Assembly: GCA_964035545.1 (NCBI GenBank)
Contig: OZ037771.1
Location: forward strand, 9,169,408-9,233,407
Direction: 5' to 3'
DNA length: 64,000 nt
DNA from: Bugula neritina
Lineage: Eukaryota > Animalia > Bryozoa
A program made the translations under genes and the position numbers. How positions within the stretch are numbered: the stretch's first letter is position 1; each line of letters begins with the position of its first letter. A model generated the notes under the pieces. The model searched no databases, was not told where the DNA came from, and saw nothing but the letters and a program-made list of their open reading frames with translations. Shown piece by piece: positions 27,491 to 40,163 of this stretch.

Positions 27491-28144
27491 TATTTTGTTA
27501 TTATCAATATTAATGATAAAAAGTGATATAATACTTAAAGAAGTTTCTGTTAAAACTGAAAAATATAAGAATACTTCATTTGGTGAAAATATGTAGTACA
27601 GAGCGTCTTATCAAAATATAAGATAAAATATTATTTTCTATTTATAAATAGTACAGCGTTCGGTAAAAATAAACAAGTATAAAACTATATTTATCTGATT
27701 GTAAATATTTATCTGATTGTAAAATAAAAGAAATTACTTTAATTTTTATATATAATTTAATAGAATGCGAAATTGTGAATCTTATATGTTAAAAACATCG
27801 AAAATACTAGAAAATAAAGTTTACACTGAACACTCGTTGTAAGATAGAAAGCACAGTCACTCCTACAGAGCAACAGGACAGCTTTGAATATTATGCCCGA
27901 CAACTCTTTGACAATCACATAGAGCACAGGCTTCTCATCAGTACAGCTTCTACAACATTAGGTAGCTGCTGTATAATCATCTTATAGTGTCAACAGGAAC
28001 CTGATACAGAGGTTAAGGGAAGTGCAAGAACAATACAGCTTTTGATCAGTCAACAGAGTTGAAATAGAAATACATTGAGATTGGGCTTCAAATTGCGCAG
28101 AACCATTATTCTACCTGGTAGGTCAGTGTCAGGCAATGGGCACT

Positions 28145-28436
28145 GGGTAGGTAGTCAGGTTACGCGGGTAGGTAGGTAAGTTAGTAGGTAGGTAAGTTAG
28201 TAGGTAGAGAGATAAGTAAGTATGTAGAGAGGTAAATAAATAGATTCTGCATGTAGATGGGTGACTAGGTAAATAGATAATAGGTAGGCGAGTAAGTAGG
28301 TAGGTAAACAAAAAGGTAAGTAGATAGACAATAAGACAGATAGGTAGGTAGGTAAATAAGCAAGTAGTTATAAGTAAGTAAATAGACAAGTAAATAAGCA
28401 TATGGTAGGTAAGTAAACAAGTATGTAGGTAAATAG
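28145..28436. repeat. Degenerate (GGTA/AGTA)n low-complexity tract
   Basis: Direct. Confidence 0.8.
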
Positions 28437-28521
28437 ACACTGCTGTACACAGATCAGCGGCTTATATTTAAGGTGATGAATGCTTTACTTGCCACACACC
28501 TGCATCTTCAGTAACACTGAA

Positions 28522-31500
28522 TTATGATGCGTGTTTAAGGAGAATCTCTTTCTGCTTCAGTCTCACTGCTTCCTTTCCTTTCTTTTGCTCTTCTTTCTCT
28601 TTTTCTGACTGGTGCCACCTGATAGCAAGAGCTCGCTTGTTGTTCTCCATTGGCTGAGAGTATTTCTTCTGTTGGTCTAGTCTTTCAGCTACAGAGAGAA
28701 CCCAACAGGTATATAATATACTACACACCAGGTATATATACTACACACCAGGTATATAATATACTACACACCAGGTATATAATATACTACACACCAGGTA
28801 TATATACTACACACCAGGTATATAATATACTACACACCAGGTATATAATATACTACAGACCAGGTATATATACTACACACCAGGTATATGATATACTACA
28901 CACCAGGCATATGATATACTACACACCAGGTATATAAAGTAATAGTCAAGAAATATCAGATAATAAAACAATATAAGCCAGAAACATAACATAAGAAGTT
29001 AAATAAACAAATGCAATTAGAATAAAACAAATATAGATAGAATGAATACAAATAGTTAGGAATAGAATATATGAGAATAGAATAAACAATACAGAATAAA
29101 ACATATATACAAATGTAATGGAGTAATCAAAGGATTGTAGAATAGGGAGAACCTGGTGGTACAGTCTGTTCTACAGCTAGCAGAATGTGAGCCCATTGTC
29201 TTAGCCACTCTTTCTGCGTTTCATTCACGAGAGTGTAGGTGTTGCCCATCATAGCAATCAGCATGTTGATGAGCAACAGAGTAACCAGGATCATGTAGAA
29301 GATAAACACAACCTTGCCCATAGTAGGGTGTCCTGTGTAGTTCAGTGTGTCGTACATGACTATGAACTCTCCTGCAGTAATAGATCAACTTTAATAGCCT
29401 ACAGCTCATTGGGTAATGAAAAAGCATATTGTGTTCACTGATTGGTTAGTAGTGACTCACCCATACTCATGTAGAACATGCCCATCAGTGCCTCAGTGGG
29501 GGAGCTGAATGGGGTGTCTTGGTAGGTCTCAGTGGGCTCAAAGTTAATGTGTACAATATACATAGCCTGTGAGTATAAGATATACATAGCCTGTGAGTAT
29601 AAGATATACACAGCCTGTGAGTATAAGATTTACATAGTCTGTGAGTATAGGATATACATAGCCTGTGATTATAGGATATACATAGCCTGTGAGTATAAGA
29701 TATACATAGCCTGTGACTATAGGATATACATAGACTGAGAGTGTAAGCTATACTATAAACTTGTCATCAATTATATTATCGTCGGAGCAGTAAATGCATA
29801 TTAGCTGCTAATAATGAAAGAAGTCTGACTCACCTGGGAAAACCCGATGAGAAAGATGAGGTAGATGGTGAAGAACCTCAGCAAATCTCCGACCAACATT
29901 TTGTAGATCATAGTCACAAATGGACCAACCATTTTGAACCCTCGGCAAAAAAACAGGAAATGCATTGTTGTCAGGAGAATTGTAAGTATAGACAGAATAT
30001 CCTACAAAGAAGAGTAGGTGTTGGGTTCAGTAAAGCAATACAACCATTGTGTTTATGCCAAGAGTAATAGGCTCTGTCTGTGCAGGAGAAAGGCCATGAT
30101 CTGCATACAGTTATTAGGAAAGAAATAACACATGCAGATATTTTACATTACGTCACAAATAGTGCAAGATCGATTATTATGCAAAGTATTTTGAGATGGA
30201 ATTTGTAAATTATATTTTGTCCATTTTTGTGCAAAAATGTGCCAACAACAGGATTCTTAGAAAGTATTTTCTTTCTATTCTGTTCATGTCTCACCTCATA
30301 TATGGCAAACCCAGGGCTGAAGGAGCAAAAAGCTCTTCCGGGAACCATCAGCAAAACCAGGAAACAGGAAATGTAGAAGCACGAGAGAGACGGAGCAGAC
30401 TAAAACAGACAGGACAACTAAGAATGAAAAACTTAATACCCTGTGTTACTCGCACTGGTATATTAATATGTTTGAAACTAGTGCCTTATCTACAATACCA
30501 GATGGTATGTCGGGTTACCATATTTGAGATCTACAATAAGCTCAGTTTATGTCTACAACTGATGTAGAGAACATCTAAAGTTACTCAACGGTATGCTACA
30601 CTACAGACACACCTTCAGCATCTCTATAAATCTTTCCTTTCCAGTCTCATACAGATTCTTAACAGCCAGTAGTATGTAGACAATGACAGCTAGTAGAACA
30701 ATAGACTCTAGTGTCAGCCTGACATAGTCATCTCTTTTGTACTCTATCCCTAAAGAGAGAGGACCATATACAGTCTGTTATCACATCTACCGTATAGTAT
30801 TACATCTACAGTAGGCCTATAGTATTACATCTACAGTATAGTATTACATCTACAGTATAGTATCACATCTACAGTATAGTATCACATCTACAGTATAGTA
30901 TCACATCTACAGTAGGCCTATAGTATTACATCTACAGTATAGTATTACATCTACAGTAGGCCTATAGTATTACATCTACAGTATAGTATTACATCTACAG
31001 TATAGTATCACATCTACAGTATAGTATTACATCTACAGTTTAACATGAGTGCAGAGTTAAATATATCACTAAAGGTTACTAGTTTGAAATATTATCACTA
31101 TAAAGTATCACTACAGGATCTAACTACAGAATAATAGCATGAAGTAATACTACAGAATAATAGCATGGAGTTATACTACAGAATAATAGCATGAAGTTAT
31201 ACTACAGAATGATAGCATGAAGTAATGCTATAGAATAATAGCATGAAGTTATACTACAGAATGATAGCATGGAGTAATACTACAGAATGATAGCATGAAG
31301 TAATGCTATAGAATAATAGCATGAAGTAATGCTATAGAATAATAGCATGAAGTTATACTACAGAATGATAGCATGAAGTAATACTACAGAATGATAGCAT
31401 GAAGTAATGCTACAGAATGATAGCATGAAGTTATACTACATGAGTATAGTAAATTGCTACTAGCCTGGCGGAGGTCCAACCAGATAACAGTTATGAAACT

Positions 31501-34500
31501 CCCTGGAGAGATTCCTGTCCACAACTGTGCCATTGTCTAGCTCCTCAGACGCTCTGAAATGAACATAAATACTGTAGCTACACCAAAGTTATATATTCAT
31601 GTAAAGTGAAGGCAGGATATTTCATACATGTAATATGTACCATTCTCTAATTAGTATGACAGTACACTTACATATACTTACATATAATATGTACCATTCT
31701 CTTATTAGTATGACAGTACACTTACATATACTTACATATAATACGTACCATTCTCTTATTAGTATGACAGTACACTTACATATACTTACATATAATACGT
31801 ACCATTCTCTTATTAGTATGACAGTACACTTACATATACTTACATATAATACGTACCATTCTCTTATTAGTATGACAGTACACTTACATATACTTACATA
31901 TAATACGTACAGTCCTCTAATTAGTACGACAGTACACTTACATATACTTACATATAATATGTACCAGCGAACTCATCAGTTCCAGGCCTCAGAATCAGTG
32001 CTGCCATAAAGATAATAAAGTAAGCAAAGAAAGCCATCATCCGTCTGTAAAACTTGAATCTTAAAAAGGTTGTCCATTTCTCGTTGAGTAGATTAACGAC
32101 CATTCCGTCTACCATTTCCAAATGCCCTGGCTGCAACAACAGTTCACATTACACTAATGTGCACAGGGCTCTAATATATCAGGTATTCTATAACTAACAA
32201 CATATTGGCTGTAACATTACACCAGAGCTCACTCCATCTCGCTAGCACATCTCTTTAGCATGTATGCTACACATGAGCATAAATAATGATATAGCCTACT
32301 TTGTCACCATGGATAATGAGATGAAGCGCTGATGTTGGATTAATCTCCCCCTGAGACCCGATAGTATCAATGTTATCAAGTGGGTACGCAGCACATGTTA
32401 CATCACCATACACCCAGTACACGTCTCTCTCCTTCTCAATCAAGTAGTTGTACATCTCTTTGTGAGCCATGGCCGCAGCCAACGTTAAAGGAGTCAAGCC
32501 TGCAAAATAAACTCGGGTCTGCCTATTGTCTCTACCTCAAGAAAACAGAATATAGGAACAGAGTGAAAGATTCATTTCCATTGACCAGAGTCTAGAGCTG
32601 CTGCAAGGTGAATACCTTTGTTATTCTTGATGTTGAGGAGTTTGGGTGAGGACATAGAAAGTACGAGTTCAAACATTTCTATTTTGTTGTGTATTACGAG
32701 CATGTGCAGCACTGTGTTACCTACAAACAGCAGTTCTATGTGTTGTATAAAGGAAATAGCATACTCAGTAGAATTACTCTGCTACTATAAACATTATTAT
32801 GATTGTAGTTTACAATTCAGGTTAATAGATAAATAGATGCAGAAGATATGAAAATGTGTTTTTCCTTTCTAACATGAATCTAGTTGAAATGATATATTGA
32901 AAGACTACAGAGTGTAATTATTTATTATTTTCTATGCGAAATACATTTTCTACATCTATACACATAACATTTAAAAGTATAAACTAATATTAATATTAAA
33001 ATTAATTGTATGCTAAATCTGTTTGACAGTGAGTCAAATACTGCACAAAGGAGAAAAGTTTACACCTAAATTTATGTGCCTCTGTGGCCCTGCAACACCA
33101 ACCCACCGTTGTGGTCTCGAGCTTCAGGGTCTATCCGTGTCCTGGGATCTGAACGCTTTTGCGTTGAAAACAGCAATCTGAGGCACTCTTCTTGTTCAAG
33201 GCAAGCTGCGAAGCTGAGTGGGTACTCTCCCCAGTAGAGATAACCTACAATTTGTGATGTTACCTGGTCTTACCAACAAAGTACTGACCTTTGACACTGG
33301 AATGATCTTGTTTTCTACTGTTAATAAACTATTGAGATGTTACTGGGTATTTTCTACACAGTGGGTTGAAAAGCAAAATTAGCCACGACAAAAACAACTA
33401 AGTTAATTGAGATGAATATTTCTGACGACTTCCTTAATGGACTAAATTCAAGTAGAATGAACAATTGCAATGCCTAGTAGAAGCAATAACAGATCAGTAA
33501 AGTGCAAAGCACATGTCACAATATTGCCTGCCGTACCTTTATAATCAGTGTTGGGAGACATTTTAATTAGTTCAGTATCCGGGTTGTCTTTTCTGGATGC
33601 TTTTTGGTCCTCACAGGAAAAGAAAACTCCAAATGCTCTCTCTTTATGAGTTATCCCATCTTTGTCAAGATCCAGCAGAAATTTGACCATTGCAGGGTCT
33701 TCATTCACAATAGCAATGTGCAAGATATTTTCACCTACAATTTATAGGAAAAAACTCCCATCACTAAATTTGTTAAAAAATTATATTGCAAGAACCCATA
33801 ACAAATACCAAATAAAAATACCAAAAATAAGATTTCTATAAGCCAGTGATAAGCGTAGTAGAAGTAAAACCAGACTGCTCTCACCAAATAGTAGAGCTAA
33901 GACAAAGTACAACTAAGTAAATAGTGATCTTGAGAACAACTTGCACCTGATCTTACATTATTTGCAGTACTTATACAAGGCAACATGCCTGGTTCCTGCA
34001 TTTAACTGGCACATAGATCTGGTGCATATACATCACCATTGTACAATATTGTGTAGTGATGAATGCATTTATTAGGTATTTTTCTTTGGACTGACTCATA
34101 GACATGTAGAAGACTGGGTATTTGAGCAATTTTGTATCAAAAGTAACCGAATAATTGAACCCTACAGCTAAATATAACTAATAAACTACTATCCTACCAG
34201 CCCCTTACACACCTGAACCCACTTCTCAGAGCACAGCTCATAGCTTTATCTCTTAAAAGACATATAAAATACCATGGCATTGGTCAGAAAGATATATGTC
34301 AAATTGTAGATTGGAAATATAACATGCCATAATACTGGTCAGAAAGATATATGTCAACTTGTAGTTTGGGAAATATAACATACCATAGTACTGGTCAGAG
34401 AGATATATGTCAACTTGTAGTTTGGGAAATATAGAAAGCAGTCTCTTGGCCAGGGCTATAACCAAAGGGTTAGCCAATAGTAAACACAAATGTATTAACG

Positions 34501-37198
34501 TCTCCCCAACAGCTCCCCTCTTATCCAGCCTCCAGCATACAAGTCTAGAAAATATCAGAAATGGTTATCACAAGACAGAAAATTTAAATTAGCATACATT
34601 ATTGTAAACTTACTAAAACAGCAATTTCAGACTTGTTGGCCAAAAAATAGGAGACTACTACCTGTTAAACCTAGCTGATATATTCTAAGAAATAGAGTTA
34701 ATAAAATAATTTATATTATATTTATCCTTATGAATTTCCAAATGAATGTAGCTTGGCTTACACAAGTTTACTACACTGATGATTTTACTAATAATATGTA
34801 ATTTATTACAAATAATGATTTAATAATGTATTTTATAACTAGGTTATATAAAACAGTATGCCATATACTATATTATTAGATACAATTATATTATAAGCTA
34901 TGTTATATAAAGTGCTAAAAACCTGTGTGTTTCATCAAAACTTTTTTCTTTTCCACTGTTTCCATTAGCTTGAGACACAACAGAATTGCCATTCAATGCG
35001 GAGCCATTACTTTGCGCTATACCATTGGATACATCAGCTGCTTCAATGTCTATCGGGCCCACTCTACTACCATTGCTTACTGCAAATGTGCATTACCAGA
35101 TGTCTTCATTACAGTATACAACCAACTGCAGGCCTATCCCAAAGCATTGATACAAAAAAGCATTTCTATGATATTTCTGGAGTAAACAAGTACTATAAAT
35201 GCAGTAACAAACATTGAACAAAATTCTTGTGATCAATTGTTTACAGCAGATATTTGGCAAACAGAAAGTGCCTGCATTTAATAATTTTTGAAATACATGT
35301 GAAAAAATATCAGCTCTAGGGATCTTGTTGCACAAAGTGTCTATTTTACTTGTCCTCTGTGAACCCAGCAGTCAAGTTTAGACAGTAGATAATCAGGGTT
35401 GTGACATAACAATTCTAGTTTTCATTCTATGCTACACACGGAGTTGATACAATACATTTGTCTCGAGATCCAATGGACTTCTCTGATTTGCTAGAATTAA
35501 CATCTTCGTCATTACGAATACAATTTCGAACACGAACGATTTCACTTCGCGGGATCCACTTTCCTTCTCCATTATTGTATAAATATGGAGTTATCTTTTC
35601 CCTAATGGCATTATCCATTTCAGTGTAATCTTTGTTCTGGTTACATCTTTTCATGATGTCAACAAACTCGCCTACAAAATTTACAATACAATATCAATAC
35701 TTACTACTAATATAGTATTCACTCTATATTCAACTTACATGTATGTTCAACTTTTCTTACAATATCTATGAATTCAGAACACACTAGAGTCATTTAAGTC
35801 AGATAGACTCCTATCGACCCTATTTCTAAAAATGTTTTAGCTTTAACCAACAAACTGATTTGACTTTAGATCCAAACAGTTGCTAACAAATATAGTATAT
35901 AAAAACAAATGTGCCGGATTTTGACTTTATAGATCATTACAGGTATATTAACATTTTTTAACTTCTTTCATGCTATATATTATTCACAAGCAAACATTTC
36001 AATTACCATTACAATTAAACCGTTCAGGGTGAAAGAACAATTCATGCTTTTAGTGTTATTATTGGGAAGTATTGGCAACTACTGTTATGTCTTTTTTTTC
36101 ATTTAAACACATAAATGCAATTTCTATTACTATCTTTGTACTAATCAAATTAATCATTTTATTTCTGTTGTTTTTTACTTTACAAACATTAACATGCTGA
36201 TTTGGAATTATCAATTTATAAAAAATAAAGCATTCATTTATTATTTATTTCAGTACTGCTCAGTAGCAAGTCAAAGCTAAATTACATTGTTAGATAAATT
36301 GAGCTACATATTGTTGAAAGATAAAAATTCTGTAGATGCTGCAATGGTTGAACCCCTACTAGCTGAGTAGTATTGTTTGTAAATTATGATATAGTTGAGT
36401 AAAGCTTACATACAGCACACTAGACAAATGAATTACTTAGACACAATAACTGTGAATGAATAACCACAAACTATCTATTAGTTCAAGACTATTAGTGAAA
36501 AACCTAAACAATTATAAACATTTCTAACTTGATTCAAATACTTTATAGGTTACTAATATTTTATCTTCAACCAAATCTCTGAATTAAAAATATTTATCAG
36601 GCATGTACATTATCAACAAATAGGTTGGATTGTATGAACATCACTCAATATACACTAAGTAATTTACACTGTCACACTACTATGTGAATATAACAGTAAC
36701 CTTAAAAAATCAAACTCTACTTCTTAATTAAAAACTGATTGCTTTGTTCATTATAAAACTAAATTCACCTACCATGAGAAATTTACAATGCTTTGGGATT
36801 ACAAACATGATTGTGTGACAAGAGTAGCATTGAGTTTGACTAAAACGATAATGGATTTGAAGTTGATGTCATTCAAACAAGCACATAGCAATATGATTAT
36901 GCTAATCATGATTGATAGCAATGTATTATTCAATTCTTGGACTTCTTACACTCACATTGACAAGACTTTTTAGTTTAGCAAGGGTTTTCATGACTTGTAA
37001 AATCATTAGCTTATCAACCTATACTTAATAATAATTATTACTACATAAACGATCACAATGAGATTGCAAGGGTATACCAGATGTCCCCCGTGACTTACCA
37101 TCACCGTGTAAATCGAGAAGTGGGTACCAGTCACACGACTGAGCAGAAGCTTCAGCCTGTGCTTTATCTGCAGCCGAAATTGACTCACTGTTTCCCAT
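28522..37198 (-). CDS. nan: TRPV cation channel, Nanchung/OCR-type (16 exons, ~814 aa)
   Basis: Exons (high to low): 37198-37099, 35671-35456, 35079-34923, 34544-34384, 33734-33537, 33244-33107, 32720-32616, 32499-32300, 32130-31952, 31553-31465, 30749-30613, 30399-30295, 30001-29834, 29566-29461, 29371-29153, 28688-28522. Total 2445 nt, in frame. N-terminus [24 protein letters not shown] resembles Nanchung. Ankyrin repeats ([62 protein letters not shown]), [19 protein letters not shown], pore MSMGEF, S6 [14 protein letters not shown] and TRP box EWLRQWA. Confidence 0.93.
28706..28936. repeat. 20/23-bp minisatellite (ccaggtatata(ata)tactacaca) in the last TRPV intron
   Basis: About 10 copies. 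Confidence 0.93.
29557..29740. repeat. 24-bp tandem repeat of the TRPV exon-14 splice acceptor
   Basis: Unit atatacatagcctgtgagtataag, about 7.5 copies. Confidence 0.93.
30770..31040. repeat. 19-bp minisatellite (tatagtattacatctacag)
   Basis: About 13 copies in TRPV intron 10. Confidence 0.93.
31123..31441. repeat. 26-bp minisatellite (tacagaataatagcatgaagtaatac)
   Basis: About 12 copies in TRPV intron 10. Confidence 0.93.
31630..31965. repeat. 54-bp minisatellite spanning the TRPV exon-9 donor
   Basis: About 6 copies; explains the [21 protein letters not shown]. Confidence 0.93.
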
Positions 37199-37552
37199 GA
37201 CAAAATTCAAACTTTACAGCAAATAAGTTATTGTTATTAGTCTATTACTATTGACTGTAACTCTTACAACTAGTCTCGGTTTAATTACTAGTTGGTGTAA
37301 CTCAAAGTCAAACTGTGAGTGTTACGACTGCTACGCCTACTGCAGTCGTCAACATTGTTCAAGTGTGAAGAGCTCAAATTTAAGGAATACGATAAATTCG
37401 AGCCAGTATTAAAATATAATTCGAATGAAAAGCTGGGACGAACTTGGTAAAACTAGCGTCGTACAAATAAACTTAAACTGCTCTAGTAAAAACTGAAAGC
37501 CTAGTTAGTAGTTAGTGTTACAGTAGTTCTCGTGGCCTTTTGTCCAAAGAGA

Positions 37553-37565
37553 ATCTCCGGGTAAC
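37553..37565. promoter_or_regulatory. Candidate RFX X-box (ATCTCC-G-GGTAAC) upstream of the TRPV gene
   Basis: About 355 bp upstream of the ATG, with a good RGYAAC half-site. Motif match only. Confidence 0.3.
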
Positions 37566-40163
37566 TAATCAACATCCGGTATTTTGCGATAGTAAGCATG
37601 CTTGTTCTACACAGCGCGATTTATTAACCATTTCATAAAAGCGATTGGTTATAATTGTTAGAAGAGTACATCCGCAATTGAGCCTTGCGCCAGTGCATGC
37701 AGCTGGTGCAAGTAACACACGATAATATTATTATGACAAGTGAATCGTAACATCGATGACTGCAAATAGCTAGCCCTTTGCTGAAAGTCAACCAGTTCGT
37801 CCACTTAAGTCCTTAAACTATGAATGGATGTTATAATTGATCATCACAATTTAAAAATAATTTGCACTGGTGTTAATAACCTGATAGATAGTGCAGTATT
37901 TTCAAGTACAGGAATTTACCAGTTAGTAGACTACCATACAGATTATACTTTTTTCTAGGCTAAGTGATTAAACTACATCTTAGTTGGGATAAAATGTACT
38001 TCATCAGCACAAGTGTGATATTACTGCCACTTTCAAGTTTTGGCCAAATAGATATGATCAATTCATAGTCAATGCAGCTGAAATTGGCCAATATGTAAAA
38101 CCATTTACGAAATGCGAATCTATTGTGAAAACATGCAAAAGTTAACAGCTATGCCAAGCTGTAGGTGCATGCTCAATATTTTTCCGACAAACTGAGTAGT
38201 ATTAATAAAAATAGCCCTACAACTGTAATGAACTCACCTTCTCCAGTTAGAGCTAGCAGCTTATACCAGTCGCACGCAGCAGCATCTGCCTGTGCTTTGT
38301 TACCGGCTGTCACAGATTCGTTGTTGCCCATAATCTCTTTTTTGGTTTCAGTGTAGGCTATACTGCAACTAACTCCTCACATACCCAGGACTTGTATCAC
38401 CTCAACATATGATGTAGATACACAGTTTCAGATTCTAAAGCAAGTAGGTTTAATTTTGTATACTGGAAGTCAATAGTGAGTAGGCAAGCAAAATTAAGCT
38501 ACTTGGTGATAATTAGTGCTTTCTAGAGCCCAATATTTTACATATTGCTATCAACATATCATGTTGCTAGCACAGACCCTATACTAACCTTTCACAGTGT
38601 ATTTATACAGTTGAAATGGCAGTAACCTTCCAGAAGTAGTTCCTTTTCTTGAATATCAGTTTAGTATTTTCTTATCATCGAGTTGAAGAAATCACAATCA
38701 GGTTTGGTAAGTGTCAGCTGTGTAGCCTATAAAACTAATCTTCATATCTATCTCTGAGAAGTATTAAAGCTGCATCAGCTACCAAGTAACAGGTTTATTG
38801 ATTTTTTTGATAGCCCTCAACATCAGGTTTCTGTTTGACCAATAACGTATGGAGACATAGTATCAACCAAACGACCTGTACTGAGTATTTGAGCATGTGA
38901 AGGTTTAAGGCTACATTGATCATTAAACCATTATTGTGGGATTTCTAAATAATATCCATGTATAAAATAATTGGTAATCAATTTTGAGAGCTGTGTTTCA
39001 AAGAATGCAATTTTACCTGTATGAATAGAAAGCATTATACTACTGAATATTATACAGTTACTCAACTTCATCAGTATAGTATATTCCTGATTGATTTTTA
39101 TAATTATTGTATCCATCTGGTTGAGCAGTTGAGTTACGTAATAGTGTGTAGTTCTGAATGGTCATGGAATTTTTTCATTTTTTCTCATTGGTCCAAGTGA
39201 AGTGCTTATAAGCCTACATATCGTTGCTTCAAGTGAAACCCTTATGAGTGGACATATCGTTGGTTCGAGTGCTTATAAGCCTAAACTTTATTGGACAAGT
39301 GAACATATTACAGTGCTCCCTCCATCTCTCACGGCTCCATTTGTCACCAACTTCCATAGGTCACGAAAAGTACATTGACACTGATTTTGTGTGTATAGGA
39401 ATGAAATGGCCAATGCGTAAGTTAAATCTGGAATTTTACTATGTCATGAATCGAGGCTTTAGGACCTCACAGCTTAGAGAGATTGTAAAAATGAATGAAT
39501 ACAAAGGTTAGGTGAGTAGGTATATTATTCAGATAACTGCATGAAGGATATGGTGCAAAATAGATAAAGTAGCAAATGATACATGAACCCGCAATGCTCA
39601 GCATATATTTTATTAGTTATATAATATAAAGATAACAAATATATTTGCACCACAATAGTCAAACTACTTAATACTCAGACAGAGTGAATAGAAACATACC
39701 GTAGAATATCCAACTCCCCAGCACCTAGATACATCATGCCAAATACTATAGACAAATGCGAGTATGATAACCAATTGCTATTTCTAATGAAATTTATGAA
39801 AATAAAAACATGTAATACTTTGCGTTAACAACCTTGACAGACACAACCCATTTGAACAGTAAAAAGTCAATATCGGAAACTCATTTTTACTGAAAAGTTA
39901 CAAGCAAACCTGTAGAGAATATGCCAAGTATGAATGCACCCTGGAAGAACTGTGTATAAGTATAAAAAGATTGCCAGCAAAATAAAGTCACTAGCAGGCA
40001 CTTTCAGCTGCATGCAAATACACAGAAGTATGACATAAGCCTGTTTCACTGACCAATCAGTTGTCTAGCTGGCCAGAGAAGGCATGTAACAGCACACTTA
40101 TTACAATACTACTTATCATAAAGGAAGCAAGTATGGGAGGAAGTTGTAATAATTCTGGGAAAG

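Noticed and set aside
30196-35217. Plus-strand ORFs overlapping TRPV exons
   Set aside because: Antisense shadows of the real minus-strand exons.
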